From: Clostridiaceae bacterium
GTDB lineage: Bacteria; Bacillota; Clostridia; Oscillospirales; QAMX01
Assembly: GCA_034926225.1 (NCBI GenBank)
Contig: JAYFRF010000004.1
Span: forward strand, 40,499-104,498
Direction: 5' to 3'
DNA: 64,000 nt
In this document: piece by piece, positions 43,580-53,602 of the stretch
Layout: the number at the start of each line of letters is the position of its first letter
Position numbering within the stretch: the stretch's first letter is position 1
Made by a program: the position numbers and the translations under genes
The notes under the pieces: model-generated
Told to the model about the DNA's origin: nothing
Database searches by the model: none
Seen by the model: the letters and a program-made list of their open reading frames with translations, nothing else

Positions 43580-44917
43580 TTAGCGGATAAGTTTAAAACA
43601 GCCGCCGGGGATCTGTTGCAAAACGCCGCGAATTTCCAGTTTGGTCACGGCAACAATGATTTTTTCAATCGAGACCCCGGTTTTTACGACCATACTGTCG
43701 GGATAGTCGTAACCGTTGCGGACAGCGTCGATGACGGTCAGCTCAACCGGATCGGTGATCCTATCCGACAGGAACGGTTCGGCGGGCTTCGCCGGATCGG
43801 CGAGCAGCGACGGTTCAGTTACGATGGATTCGGCGGGCTTGGCAGGTTCGATGACCGTGACAGTCATCGCGGAAACCTCGTCGGCGGGAGTGGGTGGCGT
43901 GTCATCCGGAGAAAAGGGCTGGTCGAGTATGACCGTATCATCCGGACGCGGGGGACGCTTGATGTACGCACGCTTCGGCGGCGCGTCTTCCGCCCGGGGG
44001 ACTTGCGGGAGCTGATACTGCGTCAGGGTATGATCCACGTCGAAGCGATAGGTTGCGGCGTAAGCGTCGATGATATCCTTCGGGGAGGTGACGGGGGAAG
44101 CCCCCTGTTTAATGAGTTCGTTTGCACCGCTAAACTCGGGGGTATCGATGGCGCCGGGCACGACAAAGACGTCCCGGCCGTAGTCGGAGGCGAGACGCGC
44201 GGTGATGAGGGAGCCGGAGTGTTCCGGCGCGGCAACGATGAGTACGCCGCAGGCAAGCCCTGCGATAATACGGTTGCGGCGGGGGAAGGTGATGCGGGAG
44301 GGCGGGGTGCCGGGCGGATACTCCGATAGGATACAGCCGTTTTGGAGAATGGCATCCATCATCTTTTTATTGGAAGACGGATAGCAGATATCCGCGCCGC
44401 AGCCGAAAACAGCGGCGGTCAGACCATGCGCGCGGAGTGCGCCGGCGTGTCCGGCGGAATCGATCCCTTCCGCCATACCGGAGATGATGCAGACGCCGTG
44501 GCGGGCGAGCGTGCCGGCAAAGCTTTCGGCGACGCTCAAAGCGCGGGAAGACGCACGGCGTGTGCCTACAACGGCGATACATAAAAGATCGTCGAAGAGG
44601 GGGATGGCGCCGCGCGTATAAAGAACGAGGGGTGGATCGGGTATATTACGCAGGCGTTCGGGGTAGAGCGCGTCGTCGAAGGTGATCAGGTGGATGTTGG
44701 AAGCGGCACAGGCCTGTAAAACGGCATGTGCCGCGTCGAGCGCGCGTGCTTGCGTGAGGGCTTTTGCCATAGAAGGCTTTAGAAGCCCTGTTTCGAGAAG
44801 CATACGGTAATCCGCACTGTAAATCCGCTCGGGTTTCCGAAAAACGGAGATCAGATCACGCGCAAGAGCGGTATTCGGAACCTGTTGGGTAAGCCAGATC
44901 CAATGGCTGAGGGACAT
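43580..44917 (-). CDS. dprA: DNA-processing protein DprA
   Basis: YPERLRNIPDPP.VLY.RG, AVVGTR, IISGMA.GIDS..H, FPRRNRIIAGL, SGSLITA..A...GRDVF; long Pro/acidic linker then a winged-helix tail. Confidence 0.95.
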   Translation of the reverse strand: MSLSHWIWLTQQVPNTALARDLISVFRKPERIYSADYRMLLETGLLKPSMAKALTQARALDAAHAVLQACAASNIHLITFDDALYPERLRNIPDPPLVLYTRGAIPLFDDLLCIAVVGTRRASSRALSVAESFAGTLARHGVCIISGMAEGIDSAGHAGALRAHGLTAAVFGCGADICYPSSNKKMMDAILQNGCILSEYPPGTPPSRITFPRRNRIIAGLACGVLIVAAPEHSGSLITARLASDYGRDVFVVPGAIDTPEFSGANELIKQGASPVTSPKDIIDAYAATYRFDVDHTLTQYQLPQVPRAEDAPPKRAYIKRPPRPDDTVILDQPFSPDDTPPTPADEVSAMTVTVIEPAKPAESIVTEPSLLADPAKPAEPFLSDRITDPVELTVIDAVRNGYDYPDSMVVKTGVSIEKIIVAVTKLEIRGVLQQIPGGCFKLIR

Positions 44918-44949
44918 GCGTCGGTTCCCCCCTTCTCGTTATTGCCGCA

Positions 44950-45711
44950 TCAGAGCGCGGTCTGCATGGACCACAGCACGATGGCGGCGGCGACGGCGGC
45001 GTTTAACGATTCAGTCACGCCGCGCATGGGGATGATGATGCGCGCGCGGGCGGCGGACTGCAAATAGGGCGAGACGCCAGCCCCTTCGCTGCCGACGATC
45101 ACGGCGGCGCGGGCTAGCGAAACGTCACGAATATCGCGGGAATCAGGAGACAGCGCGGCAGCATAGACGGGTAGCCCGGCTTCCTCCATCACGGAAAGGA
45201 AGCCTTCAGCGTCCGTCCGGACGACGGGGACGCGGAAAAGGGAACCCATCGTAGCGCGGACGGTCTTTGGATTATACAGATCCGCACAGGCACCGACAAG
45301 AAAGACGGCGTCGATGCCGAAAGCGTCGGCGGTGCGCAGGACGGTGCCGACATTGCCGGGATCCTGCACGCCGTCGAGACACAAGACCTGCCCGTGAGGG
45401 AAGGCGATGGGCTTTCCCGCGGGCATGGCGCAGGTAAAGACGACGCCGCGGGCATGCTTGAGGGTGGTCATGCGCTCAAACAAGGATGCCGGGACGCAGA
45501 CCATGCGCGGGATACCCTCGTAGGCGGCGGTGAGCGCGGTTTCCTCGTGGAAAACGGCGGCGGTGACGGCCACACCCGAGACAAGCGCTTCCCGGAGGAG
45601 CTTTTCGCCTTCACAGACGAACTCCCCGCGCTGGGCACGATAGGACGGATCGCTTGAGAGACGCTCGATATGCGTGATGAGCGCGTTCTGGCGGCTTGTG
45701 ATACGTTCCAT
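44950..45711 (-). CDS. TrmH/SpoU family RNA methyltransferase
   Basis: ITSRQN, EGEKL..EA, LDGVQDPGNVGTVLRTADAFG, GSEGAG, IPM.G..ESLNAAVAAAI. Confidence 0.92.
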   Translation of the reverse strand: MERITSRQNALITHIERLSSDPSYRAQRGEFVCEGEKLLREALVSGVAVTAAVFHEETALTAAYEGIPRMVCVPASLFERMTTLKHARGVVFTCAMPAGKPIAFPHGQVLCLDGVQDPGNVGTVLRTADAFGIDAVFLVGACADLYNPKTVRATMGSLFRVPVVRTDAEGFLSVMEEAGLPVYAAALSPDSRDIRDVSLARAAVIVGSEGAGVSPYLQSAARARIIIPMRGVTESLNAAVAAAIVLWSMQTAL

Positions 45712-45712
45712 C

Positions 45713-46429
45713 TTAATCGGCGGGATTTGCTACGAGGTATGCCTGATATTCGTCGGCCATAGCCTGCGCAAAGAGAGCCATCGCCTGATAACGAGCCTGT
45801 ACGGCAGGCTTATCCGCGTCGGCCTGCGGGCAGACACGGAAGACGAGGTAGTATTCACCCATCCGGGAGATCGTGTTGTCCGCGAAGAGGGAGGTGTTGT
45901 TGACCGGGATGCGATATTCGTCGATACCGCCGCTGACGCCGTATTCGGAGAGGGGTGCCAGGGCGTCGGACTGGGTGAGGTATTCAAAGGCGAAATCGTC
46001 GATGATCATCAGCGAGATTGTCTGATCGTAGAAGATGGTGAGAACCTGCTGATAGGCGTACACCTGAATCTCATCGGAAGGATTTTCGGCGAGGTTTAAA
46101 CAGGATACCCCTGTGAGAACCTGTCCGTCGCCGTTGAAGTCCGCCATATAGGGTTCCAGTGCGGCAGACAGGGGGGTGTATTGCTCTTCCAGCAAAGCTG
46201 CGTCGCTGATGACATAGAGACGGACGTCGTCTTCGGTTTTAGAGGTGATATCAACGATGAACCATACGGCAAGAATCAATACGCAAGCGGTGATAATCGT
46301 CGGGGTTTTGTAGTAATACCAATAATTTTTAAACCAGGCGACGATTTTATACTTCGATTGAAATTTTTCAGGCTCACCGAAGCCGGAGACTCTTTTCGGG
46401 GATCCATCCTTACGATTGAATAGTGACAT
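45713..46429 (-). CDS. Hypothetical single-pass membrane protein, paralogue of 46410..47063
   Basis: N-terminal WFKNYWYYYK plus TM helix, RLYVI, DFNGDG, MIIDD, YRIPVNNT.LF, YYLVFR. Start at ATG 46429. Confidence 0.65.
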   Translation of the reverse strand: MSLFNRKDGSPKRVSGFGEPEKFQSKYKIVAWFKNYWYYYKTPTIITACVLILAVWFIVDITSKTEDDVRLYVISDAALLEEQYTPLSAALEPYMADFNGDGQVLTGVSCLNLAENPSDEIQVYAYQQVLTIFYDQTISLMIIDDFAFEYLTQSDALAPLSEYGVSGGIDEYRIPVNNTSLFADNTISRMGEYYLVFRVCPQADADKPAVQARYQAMALFAQAMADEYQAYLVANPAD

Positions 46430-47063
46430 CGTTATCCTCGCTTTTATCGTTGTTGCGCGCAATGCCGACGATGATATCGGTACGGCCGCTGACAAAAACA
46501 TCGTTGTACTCGGTGCTGTCAATGTACTTCATGACGAGATAATACGTAACGCCGTCCCGAAGGTTGATTCCCTCAAACAGAGGGGTATCGTTGAGCGTCA
46601 GGCGGTAAGGGTTGTCCTCATCACTCTGGATTTCGAAGAAGGACAGCTCACGCAGGGAGCATAGGGAGGATACATACGCATATCCCTCTTCGTCGACGAT
46701 AAAGCAAAGGCAGTCAAGCGACGTGACCTTGTCCGGCAGCTCGGAGAGCGGCAGGGAGGTTTCGCTTTCGGTGAGGGTATAGCGGTACTGCCGGGAGATT
46801 TTCGTGTTGTCGCTGTCGACGTCGTAGACGTATTCTTCAACATTTTGCAGGAGGTTATAATATGCTTCGTCATTGACTGTATCCTGCGTCACGACGTAGA
46901 GACGAAGGTCGGCGCCGTCGTACCTCGCGAGGAAGACAAAGGCGAGAACCACTAAGACAAGGATAACCCCTACGGCAAAAACTCCTTTGTAGTAATAGCC
47001 GTAAGTGCGTATCCATTCGATCGGACCCATTCTTTTTTTAGCGTCGTCTGGCTTATCCTGCAT
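46410..47063 (-). CDS. Hypothetical single-pass membrane protein, paralogue of 45713..46429
   Basis: WIRTYGYYYK plus TM helix, RLYVV, DVDSD, FIVDE, YRLTLNDT.LF, YYLVMK. Confidence 0.65.
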   Translation of the reverse strand: MQDKPDDAKKRMGPIEWIRTYGYYYKGVFAVGVILVLVVLAFVFLARYDGADLRLYVVTQDTVNDEAYYNLLQNVEEYVYDVDSDNTKISRQYRYTLTESETSLPLSELPDKVTSLDCLCFIVDEEGYAYVSSLCSLRELSFFEIQSDEDNPYRLTLNDTPLFEGINLRDGVTYYLVMKYIDSTEYNDVFVSGRTDIIVGIARNNDKSEDNDVTIQS

Positions 47064-47099
47064 GTTGGTATCCTTTCTCCAAATCAGGCGAAAAAGAGG

Positions 47100-48593
47100 T
47101 TAATCCAAGGGCTTCATTGTGGGGAACAGCAGCACGTCGCGGATGGAAGCGGAGTCTGTAAGGATCATGACGAGACGATCGATACCGATGCCGAGACCGC
47201 CTGTAGGGGGCAGACCGTATTCAAGGGCGTTGCAGTAGTCATCGTCCATCATTGTGGCCTCGTCGTCGCCGGCGGCGCGGAGGGCAACCTGACGCTCGAA
47301 GCGCTGGCGCTGATCGATCGGATCGTTTAACTCGGAAAACGCGTTGCCGCCTTCCCAGGCGTTATAGAAGAACTCAAAACGCTCAGTCAGGCGCGGGTCA
47401 GCGGGCTTTCTCTTGGCAAGCGGGGAGACCTCAACGGGGTAGTCGTAGATAAAAGTCGGCTGGATGAGATGCTCCTCGATCTTCTGGTCGAAGGCCGCGT
47501 AGAGCGCCTCGCCCCAGGATGCGTTGCCGCCGACCTCGACGCCGACGGACTTGGCAAGTGCTCTGGCGTCGGCAGCCTCGGTCACGGTGTTGAAATCCGC
47601 GCCGGTGTATTCGCGGACAGCGTCGATCATCGAGAGCCTGCGCCAAGACGGGGTCAGATCGATCTCCACGCCCTGCATGGTGACCTTCATCGTGCCGAGA
47701 ACCTTCTCTGCGACGGTGGAGATGAGGGATTCGGTGATCTCCATCATGCCGTGGTAGTCGGTATAGGCCTGGTAAAGCTCCATAGAGGTAAACTCGGGGT
47801 TATGGCGGGTATCCATACCCTCGTTGCGGAAGAGACGGCCGATCTCGTAGACCTTGTCGAAGCCGCCGACGATGAGCCGCTTAAGGTAAAGCTCCGGCGC
47901 GATGCGCAGGTACATGTCGATGTCGAGGGTGTTGTGGTGAGTGATGAACGGGCGTGCGTTGGCGCCGCCGAGAATGGTGTTCAGGATGGGGGTTTCGACC
48001 TCCAAAAAGCCGCGCGCGTCGAGGAACGCGCGAACCTCACGGATGATGGCGGAGCGCAGCTCGAAGGTACGGCGTACCTCGGGGTTGACGATCAGATCGA
48101 CGTAACGCTGCCGGTAGCGTAGGTCTGTATTGGTCAGGCCGTGGTACTTTTCGGGCAGGGGCTGGAGACTCTTTGCAAGAAGCGTGAGGCGTTCAGCGGC
48201 GACGGAGATTTCACCCATGTGGGTACGGAAGACCTTGCCGACAATACCGACGATATCGCCGATGTCCCACTTTTTAAAGTCCGCATAGGCGTCCTCCCCG
48301 ACATTATCGAGGCGGATATAGAGCTGGATACGACCCTTCGAGTCCTGTAAATCGCAAAAAGAGGCCTTACCCTTGACACGCTTGGACATAATACGGCCGG
48401 CGATGGAGACCTCGCGGCTTTCATATTCTTCATAATGCTCGCGGATATCGGAGGAGAATTCGCGGCGGTCGTACTTGACCTGCCAGAAGGGATCGGCGCC
48501 GCGGGACTGGAGCTCCGCGAGCTTATCGCGGCGGATTTGGAGAATCTCGGAAAGCTCCTCGCGCGGAGTATCTATAATAGGTTCATTACTCAT
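47100..48593 (-). CDS. lysS: Lysine--tRNA ligase (class II)
   Basis: OB-fold [73 protein letters not shown]. Confidence 0.98.
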   Translation of the reverse strand: MSNEPIIDTPREELSEILQIRRDKLAELQSRGADPFWQVKYDRREFSSDIREHYEEYESREVSIAGRIMSKRVKGKASFCDLQDSKGRIQLYIRLDNVGEDAYADFKKWDIGDIVGIVGKVFRTHMGEISVAAERLTLLAKSLQPLPEKYHGLTNTDLRYRQRYVDLIVNPEVRRTFELRSAIIREVRAFLDARGFLEVETPILNTILGGANARPFITHHNTLDIDMYLRIAPELYLKRLIVGGFDKVYEIGRLFRNEGMDTRHNPEFTSMELYQAYTDYHGMMEITESLISTVAEKVLGTMKVTMQGVEIDLTPSWRRLSMIDAVREYTGADFNTVTEAADARALAKSVGVEVGGNASWGEALYAAFDQKIEEHLIQPTFIYDYPVEVSPLAKRKPADPRLTERFEFFYNAWEGGNAFSELNDPIDQRQRFERQVALRAAGDDEATMMDDDYCNALEYGLPPTGGLGIGIDRLVMILTDSASIRDVLLFPTMKPLD

Positions 48594-48644
48594 CTGTTGT
48601 ATATCCTTCCGTTATGTGTTTACATGAATAGTATAGGGGGAAGC

Positions 48645-49115
48645 TTACTCAATTTCGAGTATTTTAAACTTGAGCTTCCCCTCGGGCGCGTCGACGACGG
48701 CGATTTCGCCGACCTTTTTACCCATCAGCGCACGGCCGAAGGGGGATTCGTCGGAAACGAGGCCCAAGGCAGGGTTTGCTTCCTGGGAGCCGACGAGGGT
48801 GTAGGAATCCTCCTCGTCTTCATCGATGTCGAGCACGCGGACCTTAGACGCGTGGGCGACGGTATCGGTGGAGTCGGATTCTTCGCTGATGAGAACGTAG
48901 TTTTGGAGGATATCCTCGATTTCGGCGATACGGGAGTATAGCTTCCCCTGTTCGTTTTTCGCTTCGTCATATTCGGAGTTCTCCGAGAGGTCGCCAAACG
49001 AGCGGGCTTCCTTGATCAGATCGGCGACTTCTTTTTCGCGGACGGTTTTCAAATATTCAAGCTCGGACTGCATCTGTTCGAGACGGGTAGGCGTCAATTT
49101 AAACTGCTTTTTCAT
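48645..49115 (-). CDS. greA: Transcription elongation factor GreA
   Basis: EARSFGDLSENSEYDEAK, VGSQEA.P..G.VS.ESPFG.AL.G. ATG at 49115 fits the RBS spacing (alternative 49124). Confidence 0.96.
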   Translation of the reverse strand: MKKQFKLTPTRLEQMQSELEYLKTVREKEVADLIKEARSFGDLSENSEYDEAKNEQGKLYSRIAEIEDILQNYVLISEESDSTDTVAHASKVRVLDIDEDEEDSYTLVGSQEANPALGLVSDESPFGRALMGKKVGEIAVVDAPEGKLKFKILEIE

Positions 49116-49155
49116 GGTAAACATCTCCTACATGATTAGATCGTTATAAGATAGT

Positions 49156-49184
49156 ATTATATTGCAGGGGTTTGGATATGTCAA
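49156..49184 (-). promoter_or_regulatory. Perfect-consensus sigma-A promoter of the greA-lysS operon
   Basis: Minus strand TTGACA-17 bp-TATAAT. Confidence 0.85.
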
Positions 49185-49325
49185 GGATAAAAAGTGAGAA
49201 AAAGATTTCTGAATTGTAAACAGGATCGAAAAAACACATACTTGACAAGCGGAATAAAATATGGGAAAATAGCATTGAATCAAGTTTTCTTTGAAAATGG
49301 CAGCGGAGAATGGGAGAAGGCTATC

Positions 49326-49787
49326 GTGGACAGGATTGATTTGGAAATCTTGAAGCTTTTAAAAGAAAACGCACGTACGAGAGCGTCCGCAATCAGCGCG
49401 AAGGTGAATCTATCCGTATCCGCCGTCATCGAACGCATCCGCCGGCTCGAGGATGGGCATACCGTGCGCGCCTTTACCATCGCCGTCGATCAAAAGCAGC
49501 TCGGGCTTGATTTGACCGCGTTGATGGAGGTCAGTCTCGAGCATCCGAAGTATTTTGACGCGTTCTGCGACATGATACAGGGTAACCCTTATATTGTTGA
49601 CTGTTATTATCTGACCGGGGAATTTGATTTTATGCTGAAGATTTACACCGATTCTTCGGACAGTCTCGAGCGCATTCACCGCGATATCAAGAGCATGAAG
49701 GGCGTCCAGTCGACGAAGACGCATTTCGTTTTGAAGACGATCAAAAACGATGTAGCGGTGATCCCGGATACCCTGCCGAAAAAGTGA
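49326..49787 (+). CDS. Lrp/AsnC family transcriptional regulator
   Basis: DRIDLEILKLLKENAR...ISAKVNLS.SAV.ERIRRLE; RAM domain CYYLTGEFDFMLK...T.T..VL. Probable GTG start at 49326. Confidence 0.9.
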   Translation: MDRIDLEILKLLKENARTRASAISAKVNLSVSAVIERIRRLEDGHTVRAFTIAVDQKQLGLDLTALMEVSLEHPKYFDAFCDMIQGNPYIVDCYYLTGEFDFMLKIYTDSSDSLERIHRDIKSMKGVQSTKTHFVLKTIKNDVAVIPDTLPKK

Positions 49788-49877
49788 CGACTAAAAGCCG
49801 TATAAATGACTGTAAACGGAAAATTATGCGGACGACAGCCGTGTAAATGAAAAATATTTGAGCGTTTTGAAAAGATC

Positions 49878-49906
49878 TTGCAAATTTTTTCGAAACGCTT
49901 TATACT
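49878..49906 (+). promoter_or_regulatory. sigma-A promoter of the dat / DUF4392 / pxpBC / DUF1445 / pxpA operon
   Basis: TTGCAA-17 bp-TATACT, leaving a leader of about 100 nt. Confidence 0.65.
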
Positions 49907-50011
49907 TGCCGTAGGAAGGCCGTATGCTTCCCGGACCGGAAGTTTGTGCGGAAGACGGAAGCGTATCGCCGCCGCGGATTTGCTACATATTTATTATAGG
50001 AGTGCGACAAT

Positions 50012-50854
50012 ATGGTTAACATTGGTTACTACAATGGACGCGAGGGACTTATCGAGGAAATGATGATCCCGATGAACGACCGCGCCTGTTACTTTGGAGA
50101 CGGCGTATACGACGCGACCTGCTGCAAGAATAATGTGATCTACCTGCTCGAGGAGCATCTCGACCGATTCTTCAATAGCGCGGGCCTGCTGCGCATCAAC
50201 CTGCCCTTTACGAAGGCCGAGCTTGCTGATATCTTAAACGGCCTTGTCCGCAAGGTCGATGCCGACGAGAAGTTCGTCTACTGGCAGTCTTCCCGCGGGA
50301 TCGGGAAGCGGAACCACCTCTTCCCGGCGGATGCGAAGGCGAGCCTGTATATCACCATTACCCCCGCGCCGCTGCCCGACCTCGCAAAGCCAATCAAGCT
50401 CATCACCATCGAGGATACGCGCTTTCTGCACTGCAATATCAAGACGTTAAACTTGATTCCGTCCGTCATGGCGGCGCAGGCCGCCGACGAAGCGGGCTGC
50501 CAGGAAGCCGTCCTGCATCGCGGCGACCGCGTGACCGAATGCGCGCATTCCAATGTCTCGATCATTAAGAACGGTATGTTCATCACCGCTCCGACCGATC
50601 ACCTCATTCTGCCGGGTATCGCCCGTATGCACCTGATCCGCGCCTGCAAAAATCTCTGTATTCCGGTCGACGAGACGACCTTCACGCTCGACGACCTGCG
50701 GAATGCGGATGAGATCATCGTCTCCAGTTCTTCGAAGTTCGCGTTGTATGCAAACGAACTGGACGGGAAGCCCGCAGGCGGACGCGCGCCCGCGCTCTTA
50801 AAGGCGATTCAGGACGAGGTTATGCGTGAATTCCACGCCTATGTGGGAGCGTAA
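50012..50854 (+). CDS. dat: PLP fold-type IV aminotransferase, D-amino-acid transaminase-like
   Basis: DRA.YFGDGVYD, EHLDRF..SA, RFLHCNIKTLNL (PLP Lys), EAVLHR...VTEC.HSNV, ILPGIAR, ADEIIVSSS; resembles Bacillus Dat more than IlvE or PabC. Confidence 0.8.
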   Translation: MVNIGYYNGREGLIEEMMIPMNDRACYFGDGVYDATCCKNNVIYLLEEHLDRFFNSAGLLRINLPFTKAELADILNGLVRKVDADEKFVYWQSSRGIGKRNHLFPADAKASLYITITPAPLPDLAKPIKLITIEDTRFLHCNIKTLNLIPSVMAAQAADEAGCQEAVLHRGDRVTECAHSNVSIIKNGMFITAPTDHLILPGIARMHLIRACKNLCIPVDETTFTLDDLRNADEIIVSSSSKFALYANELDGKPAGGRAPALLKAIQDEVMREFHAYVGA

Positions 50855-50860
50855 AACACC

Positions 50861-51931
50861 ATGACGCAGAAAGAACTGACAACGCTCAACGTTGGGCAGA
50901 GTCTCGACGACCTGATGAACCTCGATCCGCGCGGCTATGGCGTCTGCAAGATCCTGTATCCGGCGGCGCGGGCTTATGCGGGCGGCCCCGTCTGCATGAG
51001 AGCGGCGCGTCTGATGGATGAATCTATCCGGGAAGGATCGTTTGTGTACATCCTGACGGGATTTGTGTTGCTGCCGCATAAGAAGCCCGAGACCGACGGC
51101 ATCTGCGGCGCTTTACAGATGGCACGCGCAGTGGTGGAAGCGTACGGCGCGGTTCCGGTGCTGGTTGTGCCGACGGATTCTGTGTGTGCGGCGTACGCGA
51201 TGGCGCCGGTTGTGGGACTGCACGCTTATGATACGATTGAAGAAGCGCGGGAGCTGCCGTTTTCTGTCGCGATCGTAACGTTTACGAAGGATAAGGCCGA
51301 AGCTCCCGCACAAGCGGAGCGGATGCTGAAGATGGGATGGCCGTCGATGGCGATTTCAACGGAGGCACCGGGAGCGAACGCAGCCGGGGAGTACCATAAC
51401 GCCGCGGGGCAGAGGATTACCGAGCTGGAAGCAAAGTCCGACATCCTCTGGAACATGCTCCGCGAGCACGGCGTGCCGACGCTCGGTATCGGCGACCTCG
51501 GCAACGAGATCGGCATGGGTACGCTCGGCGATCACATCCGGCGCTTCATTCCGCGTGCGGCGGAGCATGCCTGTGTCTGCGGCTGCGGCGGCGGCCTGAC
51601 GGCGGTTTCGACTGCGGACGCCGTGGTAACCGCAACCGTGTCCGATTGGGGCGTCTACGCAGTTTGCGCGGCGCTCGGATTCCTGCATGGCGATATGAAT
51701 ATTTCGCCGGAGAGCAATATGGTACGGGAGTGCATTACGGCGGCGTCGCGTTCGGGAATGGTCGATATGACCGGACGCCTGACGCCGGGGGTCGATGGCT
51801 TTGACGTGGAGTTTAACACGCTGCTGGCAACGCTGATGCGCCGTACGGCAGAGTATCCGTGCAAGCTTGCGGCTGGCTGCCGGCGCTGGTTTGACGAAAC
51901 GAACGCATTGGGGTATTTTGAAAAGGATTGA
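50861..51931 (+). CDS. DUF4392 / glutamate-cyclase-domain protein
   Basis: ILTGF...ETDG..G, E.PG.N..G.YHN, LGIGDLGNEIGMG, ATVSDWG.Y, VDG. Confidence 0.75.
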   Translation: MTQKELTTLNVGQSLDDLMNLDPRGYGVCKILYPAARAYAGGPVCMRAARLMDESIREGSFVYILTGFVLLPHKKPETDGICGALQMARAVVEAYGAVPVLVVPTDSVCAAYAMAPVVGLHAYDTIEEARELPFSVAIVTFTKDKAEAPAQAERMLKMGWPSMAISTEAPGANAAGEYHNAAGQRITELEAKSDILWNMLREHGVPTLGIGDLGNEIGMGTLGDHIRRFIPRAAEHACVCGCGGGLTAVSTADAVVTATVSDWGVYAVCAALGFLHGDMNISPESNMVRECITAASRSGMVDMTGRLTPGVDGFDVEFNTLLATLMRRTAEYPCKLAAGCRRWFDETNALGYFEKD

Positions 51932-51938
51932 TGTGAAA

Positions 51939-52670
51939 ATGAGCGAAATCCGCTTTTTACCGTGCGGCGACCAGGCGCTGACGGTCGAATTCGGGAACGC
52001 GATCGACGCGGGAATTAATACTCGGGTCTGTGCGCTCGCGCGGTTTCTTGCGGAAGAACGCGTTCCCGGTATCCGCGAAACAGTGCCCACTTTCCGATCC
52101 CTGTTAATCACCTATCATCCCGCGATCTTACCCTATAAAAAGCTCATCCGTACGCTCGAACCGCTGATCGCCCGCGCAAGCGGTACGTCGGCGGGAAAGC
52201 GCCGGGTTATCGAGCTGCCGGTCTGCTACGGCGGACAGTACGGCGAGGATATCTCCGACGTCGCCGCTCATGCGGGAATCTCCATAGACGAGGTGGTACG
52301 CCGCCATTCCGGGACGGAATACCTCATCTATATGCTTGGATTCCTGCCGGGATTCGCCTATCTCGGAGGGCTTGACCCGACGATCGTGACGCCGCGTCTT
52401 GCGAGTCCGCGCACGCGTATCCCGGCGGGTTCCGTCGGCATCGGCGGCGAGCAGACGGGCGTATACCCGCTCGATTCACCCGGCGGCTGGCGCCTGATCG
52501 GCATGACGCCGGTAAAGCCCTACGACCCAAGCCGAAAAGAGCCGATCTTATATCAAGCGGGCGACTATATCCGTTTTGTGCCGATCGATGAGAAAACCTT
52601 CCTCGACATCCACGCGCAGGTGGAAGCCGACATTTATCAGGTACACATTCGGGAAGGGGGAGCCGTATGA
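51939..52670 (+). CDS. pxpB: 5-oxoprolinase subunit B (KipI-like)
   Basis: GDQAL.VEFG, ETVPTFRSLL, IELPVCYGG, DISDVA..AG, YMLGFLPGFAYLG, IPAGSVGIGG.QTGVYP..SPGGW.LIG. Start at ATG 51939. Confidence 0.93.
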   Translation: MSEIRFLPCGDQALTVEFGNAIDAGINTRVCALARFLAEERVPGIRETVPTFRSLLITYHPAILPYKKLIRTLEPLIARASGTSAGKRRVIELPVCYGGQYGEDISDVAAHAGISIDEVVRRHSGTEYLIYMLGFLPGFAYLGGLDPTIVTPRLASPRTRIPAGSVGIGGEQTGVYPLDSPGGWRLIGMTPVKPYDPSRKEPILYQAGDYIRFVPIDEKTFLDIHAQVEADIYQVHIREGGAV

Positions 52671-53602
52671 CTATAGTACAGCCGGGGCCTCTTTCGACGG
52701 TACAGGACTTAGGCCGCGAGGGGTATCAGAGCATGGGATTTTCCGTATCCGGCGCGATGGATACCCGTGCGCTGCGCATTGGTAACCTGATGCTCGGCAA
52801 TCCGGAGGGCGCGGCGGCGATTGAGATGACGATGGCCGGGATGACCGTCGAATTTACGTCGGACGCCGTGATCGCGCTGACCGGCGCGGATATGCGGGCG
52901 GCATTAAACGGAAAACCGATGCCGCGTTATACGGCCGTGTATGTCCGCGGCGGCGATACGCTCAGCAGCGGCGCGGCGGTCAGCGGATGCCGGGGGTATC
53001 TGTGCGTCGCGGGGGGCATCGATGTGCCGGTCGTGATGGGGAGCCGCTCCACGAACTTAAAATGCGGGCTCGGCGGATTCCAAGGACGCAAGCTCGCGGC
53101 GGGGGACTGGGTTCCGTACGCGGCGGCGCTCAAGAACACGGCGGGACGGTGCTATTTGCCGGACGCATATCCCGATACGATCACGCTGCGCGTCGTACGC
53201 GGGCCGCAGGACGATCTGTTCACCGAAAAAGGCGTCGCGGCTTTCTTTGGAGAGACCTATACGGTCACGCCGTCGTCCGACCGTATGGGAACGCGGCTGG
53301 ACGGAACTGCCGTCGAAGCGCGGGAGAAGTCGGATATCATCTCCGACGGCATCGCAGCGGGTTCGGTGCAGATTCCGGCGTCGGGGAAGCCGATCGTGCT
53401 CCTCGCCGACCGGCAGACGACCGGCGGCTATGCGAAAATCGCAACCGTCATTACGGCGGATCTTTATAAATTGGCACAGGCGCGTCCTGGAAACAAGGTT
53501 CGCTTCGAGCAGGTCACTTTGAAGGACGCACAGAAACTATATGCGCGCGCGGAGAAGGAAATTTTGCGTCTCGCGCGGGGGAAAGGATGGAAACACGTAT
53601 GA
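52667..53602 (+). CDS. pxpC: 5-oxoprolinase subunit C (KipA-like)
   Basis: [23 protein letters not shown]....[39 protein letters not shown]. Confidence 0.93.
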   Translation: MTIVQPGPLSTVQDLGREGYQSMGFSVSGAMDTRALRIGNLMLGNPEGAAAIEMTMAGMTVEFTSDAVIALTGADMRAALNGKPMPRYTAVYVRGGDTLSSGAAVSGCRGYLCVAGGIDVPVVMGSRSTNLKCGLGGFQGRKLAAGDWVPYAAALKNTAGRCYLPDAYPDTITLRVVRGPQDDLFTEKGVAAFFGETYTVTPSSDRMGTRLDGTAVEAREKSDIISDGIAAGSVQIPASGKPIVLLADRQTTGGYAKIATVITADLYKLAQARPGNKVRFEQVTLKDAQKLYARAEKEILRLARGKGWKHV

